In this document: in pieces, positions 37,514 through 46,375 of the stretch | Layout: every line of letters begins with the position of its first letter | Numbering within the stretch: position 1 is the first letter of the stretch | DNA from: a virus | Virus record (IMG/VR): IMGVR_UViG_3300048599_000816 | Location: 32,545 to 96,544 of that record | Length of the DNA: 64,000 nucleotides | Reading direction: 5' to 3' (one strand) | Program-made: the position numbers and the translations under genes | The notes under the pieces: generated by a model | What the model was told of the DNA's origin: nothing | The model's input: only the letters and a program-made list of their open reading frames with translations | The model's database searches: none

Positions 37514-38179
37514 TTATATCATGTATTTGACATTGTGGACTAACTGTTGGAATTCGACTTTTTTTCTTATTTCAGGATCCCAAGCAAGACCCATACTTTT
37601 AAGATCTATAGTTTTTGTAATAGTAGCACCTTCTTTGTTCTCTTCTTTTGCAAGGATCCATACTGTGTCTGCAATAGCCATAGAACTTTCAATATCATGA
37701 CTTACTATAATCAATGTGCTATATTCATTTAAACAAGAAACTTTTACCAAAAGTTGAATTACTTTATCAACCATCAATGTATCAAGACCTGAAAATGGTT
37801 CGTCAAGCAATATAAATTTATTATCAGTTAAAACTTGTTGAAGGATACTTACACGTTGACGTTGGCCACCTGAAAGTTGATCAGGATATTTATTGAGATG
37901 TTCAACAAGCTCAAACTCTTCAGCATATTGTCGTATAGTTTGCTCTATTTCTGTTTGTGAGTAACTTTTATGACTATGTTTTAAACCTGCTTCAAGATTT
38001 TTCAAAATTGTTTTATGTTTAAAAAGAATGTAATTCTGTGGTATAATACCTACTTCTCCAGGCGTTACAGGATGTTGATCTGAGTCTATTAAAACAGTTC
38101 CTGTAGAAGGTTTTGATAAACCTGAAAGAATTTTGAATAATTGAGTTTTTCCAATTCCTGATCTACCATATTTGTCAGA
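37514..38179 (-). CDS. ABC-type ATPase domain, N-terminally truncated or frameshifted
   Basis: Open frame from stop 38180-38182 encodes Walker A GRSGIGKT, Q-loop, LSGGQRQRV, ILLDEP, IIVSHD but has no start codon before the P-loop (first start TTG 38005); overlaps 3' end of ORF 38089-38712 in another frame. Confidence 0.55.
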   Translation of the reverse strand, partial: SDKYGRSGIGKTQLFKILSGLSKPSTGTVLIDSDQHPVTPGEVGIIPQNYILFKHKTILKNLEAGLKHSHKSYSQTEIEQTIRQYAEEFELVEHLNKYPDQLSGGQRQRVSILQQVLTDNKFILLDEPFSGLDTLMVDKVIQLLVKVSCLNEYSTLIIVSHDIESSMAIADTVWILAKEENKEGATITKTIDLKSMGLAWDPEIRKKVEFQQLVHNVKYMI

Positions 38180-38712
38180 TTAGCAAGCATCGGTGAAAGT
38201 TGCTGTATATATTCCTTATAGCCTGTAATTGTGTCGGATATCAAACCAATTTCATCCATCATATTATTTTTCTTTGCAGCTTGACCTTTAGCTACAAGAC
38301 GAGTTAATTCTCTGTTTTTCTCGTCTATTTTCATTTGGATTGTTTCTTTTTGTGTATCAACTTCAATAGCTTGTTCACGAGCTTTCTCTCTTTGAATTTC
38401 CATATCTTTGATATCCTGCTCAGCAATAACAAAAGGATCCCATTGAAATATAAGACCAAAAGTGTATTTCATAAGGATATCCCAGATAGCAAGAACAGCG
38501 AGACGTAATTGTTTGTTTGTCACTAAAAAAAAGAAAAGACCAAGTGCGCCGAGAGCAATCCCGAAATTCACTGTGTTCCATACTACTTTTGTGAGAAAAG
38601 GTGCGGCATAAGCACCAAAAGCAATGAGTGCACCAAGACCTACTAAAACTTTAATAGGACCTCCTGGACGATTCCAGTAGGATTTCAATTTCTGGTCAGT
38701 TGAACCTTCCAT
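38089..38712 (-). CDS. membrane-anchored coiled-coil protein
   Basis: Two N-terminal TM helices then coiled coil. Confidence 0.45.
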   Translation of the reverse strand: MEGSTDQKLKSYWNRPGGPIKVLVGLGALIAFGAYAAPFLTKVVWNTVNFGIALGALGLFFFLVTNKQLRLAVLAIWDILMKYTFGLIFQWDPFVIAEQDIKDMEIQREKAREQAIEVDTQKETIQMKIDEKNRELTRLVAKGQAAKKNNMMDEIGLISDTITGYKEYIQQLSPMLANLTNMVDQELEKLNYSKFFQVYQNLLQELF

Positions 38713-38721
38713 AGTAACTCC

Positions 38722-39378
38722 TTATAATGTTGCGGTAATTTTCTGTATATCAGATTGAATTGTTTGCATCATAGCTTGATGTGCAATGAAAAAGCCTTCT
38801 GAATTCTTTTTTATTGCAGTTTCAACTTCAGTAATTTGCCGTGATAATTCAGCTATTAATTCTTGTTGTTCTGTAAGTTCTTTTGTCAATTCCTGGATTT
38901 TTGCATTTGCTGTTTCGATTTTTGTTTGTGCATCAGCAATTTGAGTTTTTCTAGAACCAATTTCTGTTTCAGTTTTTTGTTTTAATGCAGATTCAAAACC
39001 TGCACGATCTTTCTCTATTACATCAATGTATTTTGATGCACTCGAAATCAAAATATCTTTCGAAAGTCCGTTTACGCTAAGACTAGCAAAAGCTGAAATA
39101 AAACGTGTTCTTTCATCAGGTATGAGATTTTCTAATTTTTCTTCAACCTTTAAAAACTCATAGTAATCAGGACCTGGAAGATTTGCTTGCTCCATTAAGT
39201 CTTCAAAGTGTTTTTTAAATTTCTCAAACTCTTCTGAACTGACTGTGGGTGCAACATTTTTAAAAACAGGTAAAGGTGCTGCGGGTATGGAAGTTTGGTT
39301 TGACTGTGCTGTAGTTTGTTGTGTCTTTGGTTTTTCATCAAACTCAACAAATGCCGAAAAAATTCGTTTAAGACTCAT
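38722..39378 (-). CDS. coiled-coil protein
   Basis: Heptad-like charged repeats. Confidence 0.45.
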   Translation of the reverse strand: MSLKRIFSAFVEFDEKPKTQQTTAQSNQTSIPAAPLPVFKNVAPTVSSEEFEKFKKHFEDLMEQANLPGPDYYEFLKVEEKLENLIPDERTRFISAFASLSVNGLSKDILISSASKYIDVIEKDRAGFESALKQKTETEIGSRKTQIADAQTKIETANAKIQELTKELTEQQELIAELSRQITEVETAIKKNSEGFFIAHQAMMQTIQSDIQKITATL

Positions 39379-39478
39379 TTCTATTATCTCCTATTAATTC
39401 AACCTGCCTGAAATCTGTGGCATAAGACATATGTTTAAGAGTTTTTTAATTAAAGAGTAAACAAGTTGAAAAAAATAG

Positions 39479-40588
39479 TTATTCGCCCTTAATTTTTTTC
39501 ACAAATAAGATTAAACCTTGTAAAGAATCTATATGGTAAGATGAAATTACGGGTTTATCATCAACAAAACTTACCCATTGCTCAGGTGAAGGGCAACCAC
39601 AATGACTGACTACACGAACTGTTTGTTGACCCTCAGGATCATCATAAAGTTCCTTCGCGACCTTGAGTGGCACATTTCCTTTGACTGTCCAATAATACCA
39701 TGCCCGTTTAAAAACAAATTGCTCGTCAAAGGCGTTTACTGTACCATAAATAGTATATGGAACTTCTGAATTACCTTGAGGTTGTTGGTTTATCGTTATT
39801 CCTGCTAAATTCAATTCTACTTTAATATAAAGATCACAAAACTCATTTCCTGCAAGATTCAAAAATCTATAATTATTTTCTTTACTATTTTTTAGAAATG
39901 TTGTTGCTCTTTCTTCTTCTCGTTTGAACATGCAATCATGATGAAAGATTTTTTTTACAGTGCATATTTCTTCATGTTCTATTAAATTATCTGCTTCTTT
40001 CTCATTAAAATTAAGAGAATACCATGCGTCAGTTTCTTGTTTTAAAAGCTTATTTACTTCTTTATAGGTTTTTCCTGTATATGCACTTAAATCTTTAGTA
40101 ACTTGTTCGCATACTAAGTGTGATTCTAAAAAATTCTCAAGATCCCAAATTTGTCCACAATAAAAACATTTTCTAGAAGGGAGTCCCCACAAAATTGACG
40201 ATACATCTTCTTCACAATCTGCAAATTCTTCTTTTGTTAAAACAGGTTGTAAGTGTTTTATTTGTTTTTCAAATTTCCAAACATTGCCGCAAGAATCTAA
40301 AAATAACACACCAAGAACAATAAATTCTTCTAATTTTTCTTTTCTTTCATAAAAAGCTTGGTGTCTTTCACTAACTAACTTATAAAATTTATCGTAAGAA
40401 ACAAGAGAAGTTTGAATAGCCTTTTTTGAATTATACCCTTCTCTATATGCTTTCATTGATGCAATCATTGGTATAATATCATTAAGAATTTCTTCTACTT
40501 GTTTAATTTCATCTTGACTAAGTTGTTGACATTTTAAACTGACAACAAAACGATTCAATAAATCTAAAACTCTATTAAAATCTTTCAT
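39479..40588 (-). CDS. hypothetical protein
   Basis: 369-aa minus ORF. Confidence 0.45.
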   Translation of the reverse strand: MKDFNRVLDLLNRFVVSLKCQQLSQDEIKQVEEILNDIIPMIASMKAYREGYNSKKAIQTSLVSYDKFYKLVSERHQAFYERKEKLEEFIVLGVLFLDSCGNVWKFEKQIKHLQPVLTKEEFADCEEDVSSILWGLPSRKCFYCGQIWDLENFLESHLVCEQVTKDLSAYTGKTYKEVNKLLKQETDAWYSLNFNEKEADNLIEHEEICTVKKIFHHDCMFKREEERATTFLKNSKENNYRFLNLAGNEFCDLYIKVELNLAGITINQQPQGNSEVPYTIYGTVNAFDEQFVFKRAWYYWTVKGNVPLKVAKELYDDPEGQQTVRVVSHCGCPSPEQWVSFVDDKPVISSYHIDSLQGLILFVKKIKGE

Positions 40589-40597
40589 TAATAGCTC

Positions 40598-40951
40598 CTA
40601 AAAAGGTAAATCGTCTGAGGGTTCTTCTACATGGGATCTTTTACTTTTAAGCGGTTTTTTTTCAGGAACTTCTTGAGTATAGTCTTCAACAGGAATTTCG
40701 TTTGGTGACTTAAACAATTCATCACTACAATACGGTCTGTCATTATGATTCAAAAAAGTCTTAATTTCTATATGAGGCGAAGAAGCATGATGTTCATCAA
40801 ATACGAAATTAATGTCAATTTTTGTGACATAAGCTTTTATTAAAACATTATTTTCTAGAACATAAGCAATATCTGATACTTTAAAATCAAGTTCTAAAGT
40901 ATTTTCAGCTATTTGTTCTGAACCTAGTAAGTATTGAAATTTATTTTTCAT
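40598..40951 (-). CDS. hypothetical protein
   Basis: Minus ORF. Confidence 0.4.
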   Translation of the reverse strand: MKNKFQYLLGSEQIAENTLELDFKVSDIAYVLENNVLIKAYVTKIDINFVFDEHHASSPHIEIKTFLNHNDRPYCSDELFKSPNEIPVEDYTQEVPEKKPLKSKRSHVEEPSDDLPF

Positions 40952-41068
40952 AATCTGTTATCCTAAACATAATTTTATTCACTTGCACAAACAATATGTT
41001 AAATTTCTATCTTTTTAATAAATTTAAAGAATTATGATAGAAACTATTACTCATAGAGGAGTTTTTGA

Positions 41069-41266
41069 ATGATTGCTTTTAAAGAAGATGTTACAGAAAG
41101 ACTTAGGACAATGGCATATTTGCTTGATTGTATCTCGTCTTTATATAATGCAGGTATTATATCTGATGAAAGAGCTTTAGAAAAATCTAATTGCTTTCTT
41201 AACCATATTGACGATGTAATGAAAATAGCTGAAAGTGAATTTAACGAGCTTGGAGAAACAGAATGA
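41069..41266 (+). CDS. hypothetical protein
   Basis: Plus ORF with SD AGAGGAG; first of three ATGA-coupled plus ORFs. Confidence 0.5.
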   Translation: MIAFKEDVTERLRTMAYLLDCISSLYNAGIISDERALEKSNCFLNHIDDVMKIAESEFNELGETE

Positions 41267-41568
41267 AACGAGCAGCTGATCACGACAAATATCTTGGTAT
41301 TATCCATAGTATTGCACAAGCAGAAGAACTTCAAGAAAAAGACAAACGAAAAGAAGAACATAAGCCTGAAGTTAAACAAACATGTTTTAATTGTGGGATG
41401 AAAAAATCTTGCAAAAAATTCTCTGGAAAACTTACATATGATGGTTCTTATTCTGTTGGTGGTGACACGCATACTGGAACTTGCGACAAATGGTGCCCCG
41501 TAAAAAACCAACCAAACGATCCTAAAAAAGTGAAATCACTTTTAAAACAATTTTCAAGATTAAAATGA
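41263..41568 (+). CDS. Cys-containing hypothetical protein
   Basis: ATGA overlap; CFNCGMKKSCKK...C. Confidence 0.5.
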   Translation: MKRAADHDKYLGIIHSIAQAEELQEKDKRKEEHKPEVKQTCFNCGMKKSCKKFSGKLTYDGSYSVGGDTHTGTCDKWCPVKNQPNDPKKVKSLLKQFSRLK

Positions 41569-41813
41569 AAAAAGAACAGTGGGAAAAGTTAGAGCAAGGA
41601 ATGTTTGTTTTTTCCAAATCAGGAACAAAACGTGAAATCTTGAAAGTTTCAAAGATCAATGGGAAAACTAAATGTATTACTTTAAAAGCTGTAAGAAAAA
41701 CTACTTATGGTGAACCAAACACAGTTCTTTGTCAAAACGATTGTCATGCTTATTTTTTGGAAGATAGATCAAAAGAATGGAAAGAACTAAACAAAAAACT
41801 TCAAAATCTTTAA
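41565..41813 (+). CDS. hypothetical protein
   Basis: ATGA overlap; followed by terminator hairpin. Confidence 0.5.
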   Translation: MKKEQWEKLEQGMFVFSKSGTKREILKVSKINGKTKCITLKAVRKTTYGEPNTVLCQNDCHAYFLEDRSKEWKELNKKLQNL

Positions 41814-42091
41814 CAATGTCTTTTGCAAGACATTAAGCTTTTATATAACAATCTTGATTTCTTTTTGACTATTAGTAACTCTGTAGGTGAAATAGAAAAA
41901 GGCTTCATAAATTTGATAATGATATTTGAATTTTTTACAACAATGTAAAAACCCGCACCTTCTTTAACAAATTCTCTATCTTCTTCTTTTACAGAACTCT
42001 TATTCAACTCAAATGAGAATTTACTTGTCCGAGCATATATAGTATCATTATCTACTTCATCTACCCAACAAGTGAAAGTTCTAACTTTCAT
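41810..42091 (-). CDS. hypothetical protein
   Basis: Minus ORF. Confidence 0.4.
   Translation of the reverse strand: MKVRTFTCWVDEVDNDTIYARTSKFSFELNKSSVKEEDREFVKEGAGFYIVVKNSNIIIKFMKPFSISPTELLIVKKKSRLLYKSLMSCKRHC
41815..41834 (+). terminator. hairpin terminator after plus-strand three-gene cluster
   Basis: aatgtctt-ttgc-aagacatt then aagctttta. Confidence 0.5.
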
Positions 42092-42094
42092 GGC

Positions 42095-42676
42095 TTATTT
42101 GTTATACCACTCAAAAGTTTTAGCAATAATAAAATCACCATTTGACAATTCGATTCTAACATTAACAACTGAATTACTACCATCATACGGTAAACAGAAC
42201 TCAGTATAACCAGGTCCAAGAAATGCAGCAATGATAGAATCAGATCCTTCTAAAAGACTTTTGACATTTTTTTGTTGCCATTCAAGATCAAAAACCCAGT
42301 CGCTATCAGTCCTGTCAAAACCTTTAAGTCTGTAAGGTTGTGAGTTTTTTGTTTCGACACCTATTGGGACAATACCATAAAAATTATTAGCAGAAAAAGG
42401 ACAAAAGTACTTTGTCTTGTTAAACATATCAGTTTGTATTCCAATACGTTTAATTGTGATAAAAGGATTCATCTGCCCAAAAAAAATAAGAGGAAATATT
42501 TTCAAATTTGAATCATAACGAACATAATCTTTGATAAGGTTATGTTCGTCAAAAATAAAATCCCCTATTTCAGGATTGAATTTCTGTTGTTGCTTCTTGA
42601 CTGTTATCGTCTGTTGTATCTTGTTTATTTGTTCCATCTTCTCGTTCCTTTGCTTTTCTTGCTGCCCATGCTGCAA
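42095..42676 (-). CDS. hypothetical protein
   Basis: Minus ORF; start uncertain. Confidence 0.4.
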   Translation of the reverse strand: MQHGQQEKQRNEKMEQINKIQQTITVKKQQQKFNPEIGDFIFDEHNLIKDYVRYDSNLKIFPLIFFGQMNPFITIKRIGIQTDMFNKTKYFCPFSANNFYGIVPIGVETKNSQPYRLKGFDRTDSDWVFDLEWQQKNVKSLLEGSDSIIAAFLGPGYTEFCLPYDGSNSVVNVRIELSNGDFIIAKTFEWYNK

Positions 42677-42797
42677 GACGCTCTTTCTCTTTTATCTCGC
42701 GTTGTTCTTTAATAGTTTGCATTGCTTCTTTTACTGAATTATTAATTGCTCTATTCTTTGCACCCTGTTTCTTCAGAGTTCTAACAACTTCAGCCAT
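42570..42797 (-). CDS. basic Lys/Glu-rich small protein
   Basis: Overlaps neighbour by ~100 nt, uncertain. Confidence 0.3.
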   Translation of the reverse strand: MAEVVRTLKKQGAKNRAINNSVKEAMQTIKEQREIKEKERLAAWAARKAKEREDGTNKQDTTDDNSQEATTEIQS

Positions 42798-42826
42798 TTT
42801 TTACAATCTCCTATAAAGGTTCATAT

Positions 42827-44146
42827 TCATATTGGATATGTTCTCTTTATATACTCAAGTGCTTCATCGCGTGAAAATATTTGTTCTTCAAGTTGTTGAT
42901 CTTCAATATCAGTTAATATAGTTCTAAATAATTTACCTTTAGGATATCCCATAGCAATAAGATCATGACCCGTGACAATACGAGGAAGTTTATCAAGTTT
43001 TGTAGTCTCAGGAGTTGCTTCAAAAGTTTTCATTTTTTCTTTTACAAATTCATAATGTTCAAGACCCCCATGAGAAGACTCACAATCAACACGGTGTAAT
43101 TCCATGTGTTCATCAAACTTAGGAAGATTTAAAAACCTTTTAAGTTTTGAAACTCTCATTCTATCTACAGCAGTAAATTTCATGTGGTTTTCAACAAGTG
43201 AAACTACTTGCTCAACAAACTCATTAGAGAATTTAAGTCTTTTTAAAATGTCTTCAGCCATGCACTTTCCTTTTGAATCATGTCCTGAAAATCTAATACG
43301 ATCTTCAAAAGTTTGAGTTGGTGGTTTTCCAACATCATGTAAGAAAGTTCCCCAAAGAAGTGTATCAGAAGCATCTTTAGGAAGCATTGAAAGTGATAAA
43401 AGGACGTGCGTCCAAACGTCACCTTCAGGATGAAATTGCGGGGGTTGTTCACATCCCTTCATAGGAACAACTTCAGGAAGGAAAGCATGAAGAAGTTTAG
43501 TATCAAACAAAAGTTCAAGAGCTCTTTGTTTGTCTTCTACTCTTAAAATTTTCGTCATTTCATCTGCAATTCTTTCAGAGGAGACAGTAACAATTTCGTG
43601 AGCATAACGCTTTACTGCAAGGTAAGTCTCAGGCTCAATTTCAAAACTTAAACGAGCTGCAAAACGAACAACACGCATCAAACGAAGTTTGTCTTCTTCA
43701 ATGCGATCATTTGGATCACCAATGAGCCTTATAGTTTTTTGCTCTAAATCAGTCTGACCACCCACGACATCAATAATTTGTTTAGCCAATGGGTCATAAA
43801 ACATCCCATTAATCGTCAAATCTCGCCTTTTCGCGTCTTCTTCTAAAGACGAAAAAGAAACTGAGTCAGGACGACGGCCATCACTATATTCACCATCAGA
43901 ACGAAAAGTTGCAACTTCAAATTCTTCATCATCAATAATGACAACAATAACACCAAAAGCTTTTCCAACTGCAACAGTTTTTGGGAAAAGCGCTTCAATC
44001 TCGTCTGGACGCGCATTCGTTGCTATATCGATATCGTGAGGTTTGAGACTCAAAAGCATATCACGAACACAACCACCAGCATATACAGCTTGGAATCCTT
44101 GTTCTGCTAAAGTTTGAACAATGTAAAATGCTTTATCATTAAACAT
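42827..44146 (-). CDS. cca: tRNA nucleotidyltransferase (CCA-adding enzyme) with HD domain
   Basis: Head motif GGCVRDMLL..HDIDIAT, RRDLTINGMFYD, C-terminal HD (FLHDVGK). Confidence 0.8.
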   Translation of the reverse strand: MFNDKAFYIVQTLAEQGFQAVYAGGCVRDMLLSLKPHDIDIATNARPDEIEALFPKTVAVGKAFGVIVVIIDDEEFEVATFRSDGEYSDGRRPDSVSFSSLEEDAKRRDLTINGMFYDPLAKQIIDVVGGQTDLEQKTIRLIGDPNDRIEEDKLRLMRVVRFAARLSFEIEPETYLAVKRYAHEIVTVSSERIADEMTKILRVEDKQRALELLFDTKLLHAFLPEVVPMKGCEQPPQFHPEGDVWTHVLLSLSMLPKDASDTLLWGTFLHDVGKPPTQTFEDRIRFSGHDSKGKCMAEDILKRLKFSNEFVEQVVSLVENHMKFTAVDRMRVSKLKRFLNLPKFDEHMELHRVDCESSHGGLEHYEFVKEKMKTFEATPETTKLDKLPRIVTGHDLIAMGYPKGKLFRTILTDIEDQQLEEQIFSRDEALEYIKRTYPI

Positions 44147-44158
44147 GTATATTCCTTT

Positions 44159-44860
44159 TCATTGAAATTTCCCTGCGATTAATTTGTATCCTGTTTCAGG
44201 TCCACTATATTTAAAACCCATACAAGCATTACATCTATATGGATTATTTGTTGTTCCCATTTTTTTCCAAACTGTTCCTGTACCTGAGCAAAAAACACAT
44301 GGCATAAAAATTCTAGCAACTTGGTTTTGTTTAGATTTTTCAAAATCAAGATGTGTTATATTTGTATGAAATACGTCAAGCTCTTTAACGCTTACTGCTT
44401 TTGAAGCAGGTGTTTTTTCAAGTTTTAAAAGTCTTGATAAACATGTCTTTGGAGCAGAAAGAACGAAGTTTTTAAACGAAGACTCTATCGTAAAATAATT
44501 CGTTGCAATTTCCGCAGTCTCAACATTAATCAATTTCAAAGAGAAAAAATATGATGTTTCATCTAGCTTCCCAAATGAACCTGTTAAAACATACTTAATA
44601 TCGAGAATTTTTCCGATTTCTACCATAGAATTAGTTGCACCTGACAATTGCAAACTTTGTTCTTTAAAAATTTGTTCAATGTTTTGTCTTTCAACTAAAG
44701 TAAACATACCTAATTGTTGAATTTCAAAACTTAATTTGTCAGTAACAATTGAAACTAATTGCGATTCAAAATCGATAGGTTTTAGATTGATGACAGCTAT
44801 ATTGTCTTTTGCAACAGTAATAGAACAAAGCAAAGATAAAGTAATAAGTATGTTCTTCAT
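44159..44860 (-). CDS. secreted protein with C-terminal Cys-rich region
   Basis: Signal peptide; perfect SD AAGGAGG; motif 44877-44889. Confidence 0.45.
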   Translation of the reverse strand: MKNILITLSLLCSITVAKDNIAVINLKPIDFESQLVSIVTDKLSFEIQQLGMFTLVERQNIEQIFKEQSLQLSGATNSMVEIGKILDIKYVLTGSFGKLDETSYFFSLKLINVETAEIATNYFTIESSFKNFVLSAPKTCLSRLLKLEKTPASKAVSVKELDVFHTNITHLDFEKSKQNQVARIFMPCVFCSGTGTVWKKMGTTNNPYRCNACMGFKYSGPETGYKLIAGKFQ

Positions 44861-44876
44861 ATATTCCTCCTTATTT

Positions 44877-44889
44877 ACTATATCGTTAG
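44877..44889 (-). promoter_or_regulatory. recurrent upstream motif instance (actatatcgttag)
   Basis: Coding strand CTAACGATATAG, then AAGGAGG, then ATG 44860. Confidence 0.45.
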
Positions 44890-44905
44890 AAGAAGGAACA
44901 AATGC

Positions 44906-45448
44906 CTAAACTTTTCCTTTTAAAAAATCTTCAGATGACATCCATGTTTTTGTTTCCATGTCAAATACTTCTTTTGCATGCTTTATCATAACATAAGAAT
45001 GTGTAGTGATTATTACTTGACAATTGTTTTTTGTCAAATTCTTAAAATCATCAAATATCTTTTTTTGATTTGATAAAGATAAACCAGCTTCAGGTTCGTC
45101 TACTATAAGAACAGAATCTTTTAAATTTTTAGGGTGTTGTAAAACTGAAAGCATTGCTTGACCATGTGAAACAAATCTACTATGAAGAGCAAAACCATAA
45201 CTTGCACCAAGATGTTGTATATCCCTTACTCTTGGATTTTGTTTTTCAGTATCAAAAAAAATAAAATCACTGGGTTTATATTTTGCAACACAAACATCTT
45301 TGTTATCTTCTAAATTTGTAATAAGATGTAAAAAGGAACTTTTACCAGAACCATTTTCACCAACAATCACATTAAAGTCTGGTTTAAAAATAAAAGAGAA
45401 AGGTGATATCTTTCTAAATTCTTTTACAAGTTTAAATGATTCAAGCAT
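44906..45448 (-). CDS. ABC/AAA_21-like P-loop ATPase (paralog-like of 8828-9496)
   Basis: Walker A GENGSGKS, Walker B VLIVDEPEAGLS, H-loop VIITTHS. Confidence 0.6.
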   Translation of the reverse strand: MLESFKLVKEFRKISPFSFIFKPDFNVIVGENGSGKSSFLHLITNLEDNKDVCVAKYKPSDFIFFDTEKQNPRVRDIQHLGASYGFALHSRFVSHGQAMLSVLQHPKNLKDSVLIVDEPEAGLSLSNQKKIFDDFKNLTKNNCQVIITTHSYVMIKHAKEVFDMETKTWMSSEDFLKGKV

Positions 45449-45450
45449 TT

Positions 45451-45762
45451 TTATCTTCCGTTATTTCTCATAACAATAGAATTCCCACGAGGACTATTAA
45501 GAGATACTAAGTCTTGTGAGCCACATGATCGACACACTTCTTTTTTTGAAGATAATCGCCAAAGTGAATAGATTAATCCAGGAACAATGAAACATAACCA
45601 CAATAGTACTTCAATCAAAAAACTTCCATTTGTTTTAGTTTTTGAAATATCAATATTATGACATCGCGTACAAACTAGTTCTTTTTTAAAAATATTTTTC
45701 GTTAAATTTAAAATGATCATAATTAACACACACACAAATAAAATTAAATACACAAATACCAT
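45451..45762 (-). CDS. membrane protein with zinc ribbon
   Basis: Two TMs, CTRCHN...CRSCG. Confidence 0.4.
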   Translation of the reverse strand: MVFVYLILFVCVLIMIILNLTKNIFKKELVCTRCHNIDISKTKTNGSFLIEVLLWLCFIVPGLIYSLWRLSSKKEVCRSCGSQDLVSLNSPRGNSIVMRNNGR

Positions 45763-45776
45763 AAAAAACCTTTCTG

Positions 45777-45998
45777 TTATCTTAAAGAAATATCGTTTTC
45801 AGCTTGTTTTCTTCCTTCATCGTAAGAAAATCTTCTTGCTGATCCTAGTGAGTATCTTTCAACATCTATTTCCAATGTTTCTTCTGCATAATCTTCGCCA
45901 TAAAGATGTTGTAACATTCTCTCTTTATATCCTTCAAAGAGATGTATTTGATGTTGCAAACAACTATCCGTAAAACTATTGTTCATCATGCAAAACAT
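45777..45998 (-). CDS. hypothetical protein
   Basis: Minus ORF. Confidence 0.3.
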   Translation of the reverse strand: MFCMMNNSFTDSCLQHQIHLFEGYKERMLQHLYGEDYAEETLEIDVERYSLGSARRFSYDEGRKQAENDISLR

Positions 45999-46375
45999 TC
46001 CGAATAATTACCCATAGACAACAAAACAAATTTCATTTCTATTGGTTCGACTTTTCCAAAAATTAATGTTTTTAAATATTTGATTTGTTCAGTAATATTA
46101 ATAGATGAGTTTTCAAGAAATGGATACAAATATTGGATTTCAAGAAGCGATCCAGTAGCTATTTCAAGAGCGTGACTCAAAGGAACACAACGTAGAATTT
46201 CAAAATCATTGCCACGTTTCACAAGAAAAGTCATTTCACCTTGAGTTTTGCTATGTATACCTTTTTCAAGGACTTGTTTGTTTATAATTCTGTCACCCAT
46301 TGCTTTTTCCCAAAAATCTATATGGACTTTTGCAGCAGGATATTCATAAAAACAAAGCGTTAAATAAACAGTCAT
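45986..46375 (-). CDS. hypothetical protein
   Basis: ATGA overlap with NTase gene. Confidence 0.4.
   Translation of the reverse strand: MTVYLTLCFYEYPAAKVHIDFWEKAMGDRIINKQVLEKGIHSKTQGEMTFLVKRGNDFEILRCVPLSHALEIATGSLLEIQYLYPFLENSSINITEQIKYLKTLIFGKVEPIEMKFVLLSMGNYSECFA

Noticed and set aside
41047-41511. Minus-strand 154-aa ORF
   Set aside because: F-rich, no SD; three ATGA-coupled plus-strand ORFs with an SD and a downstream terminator explain the region better.
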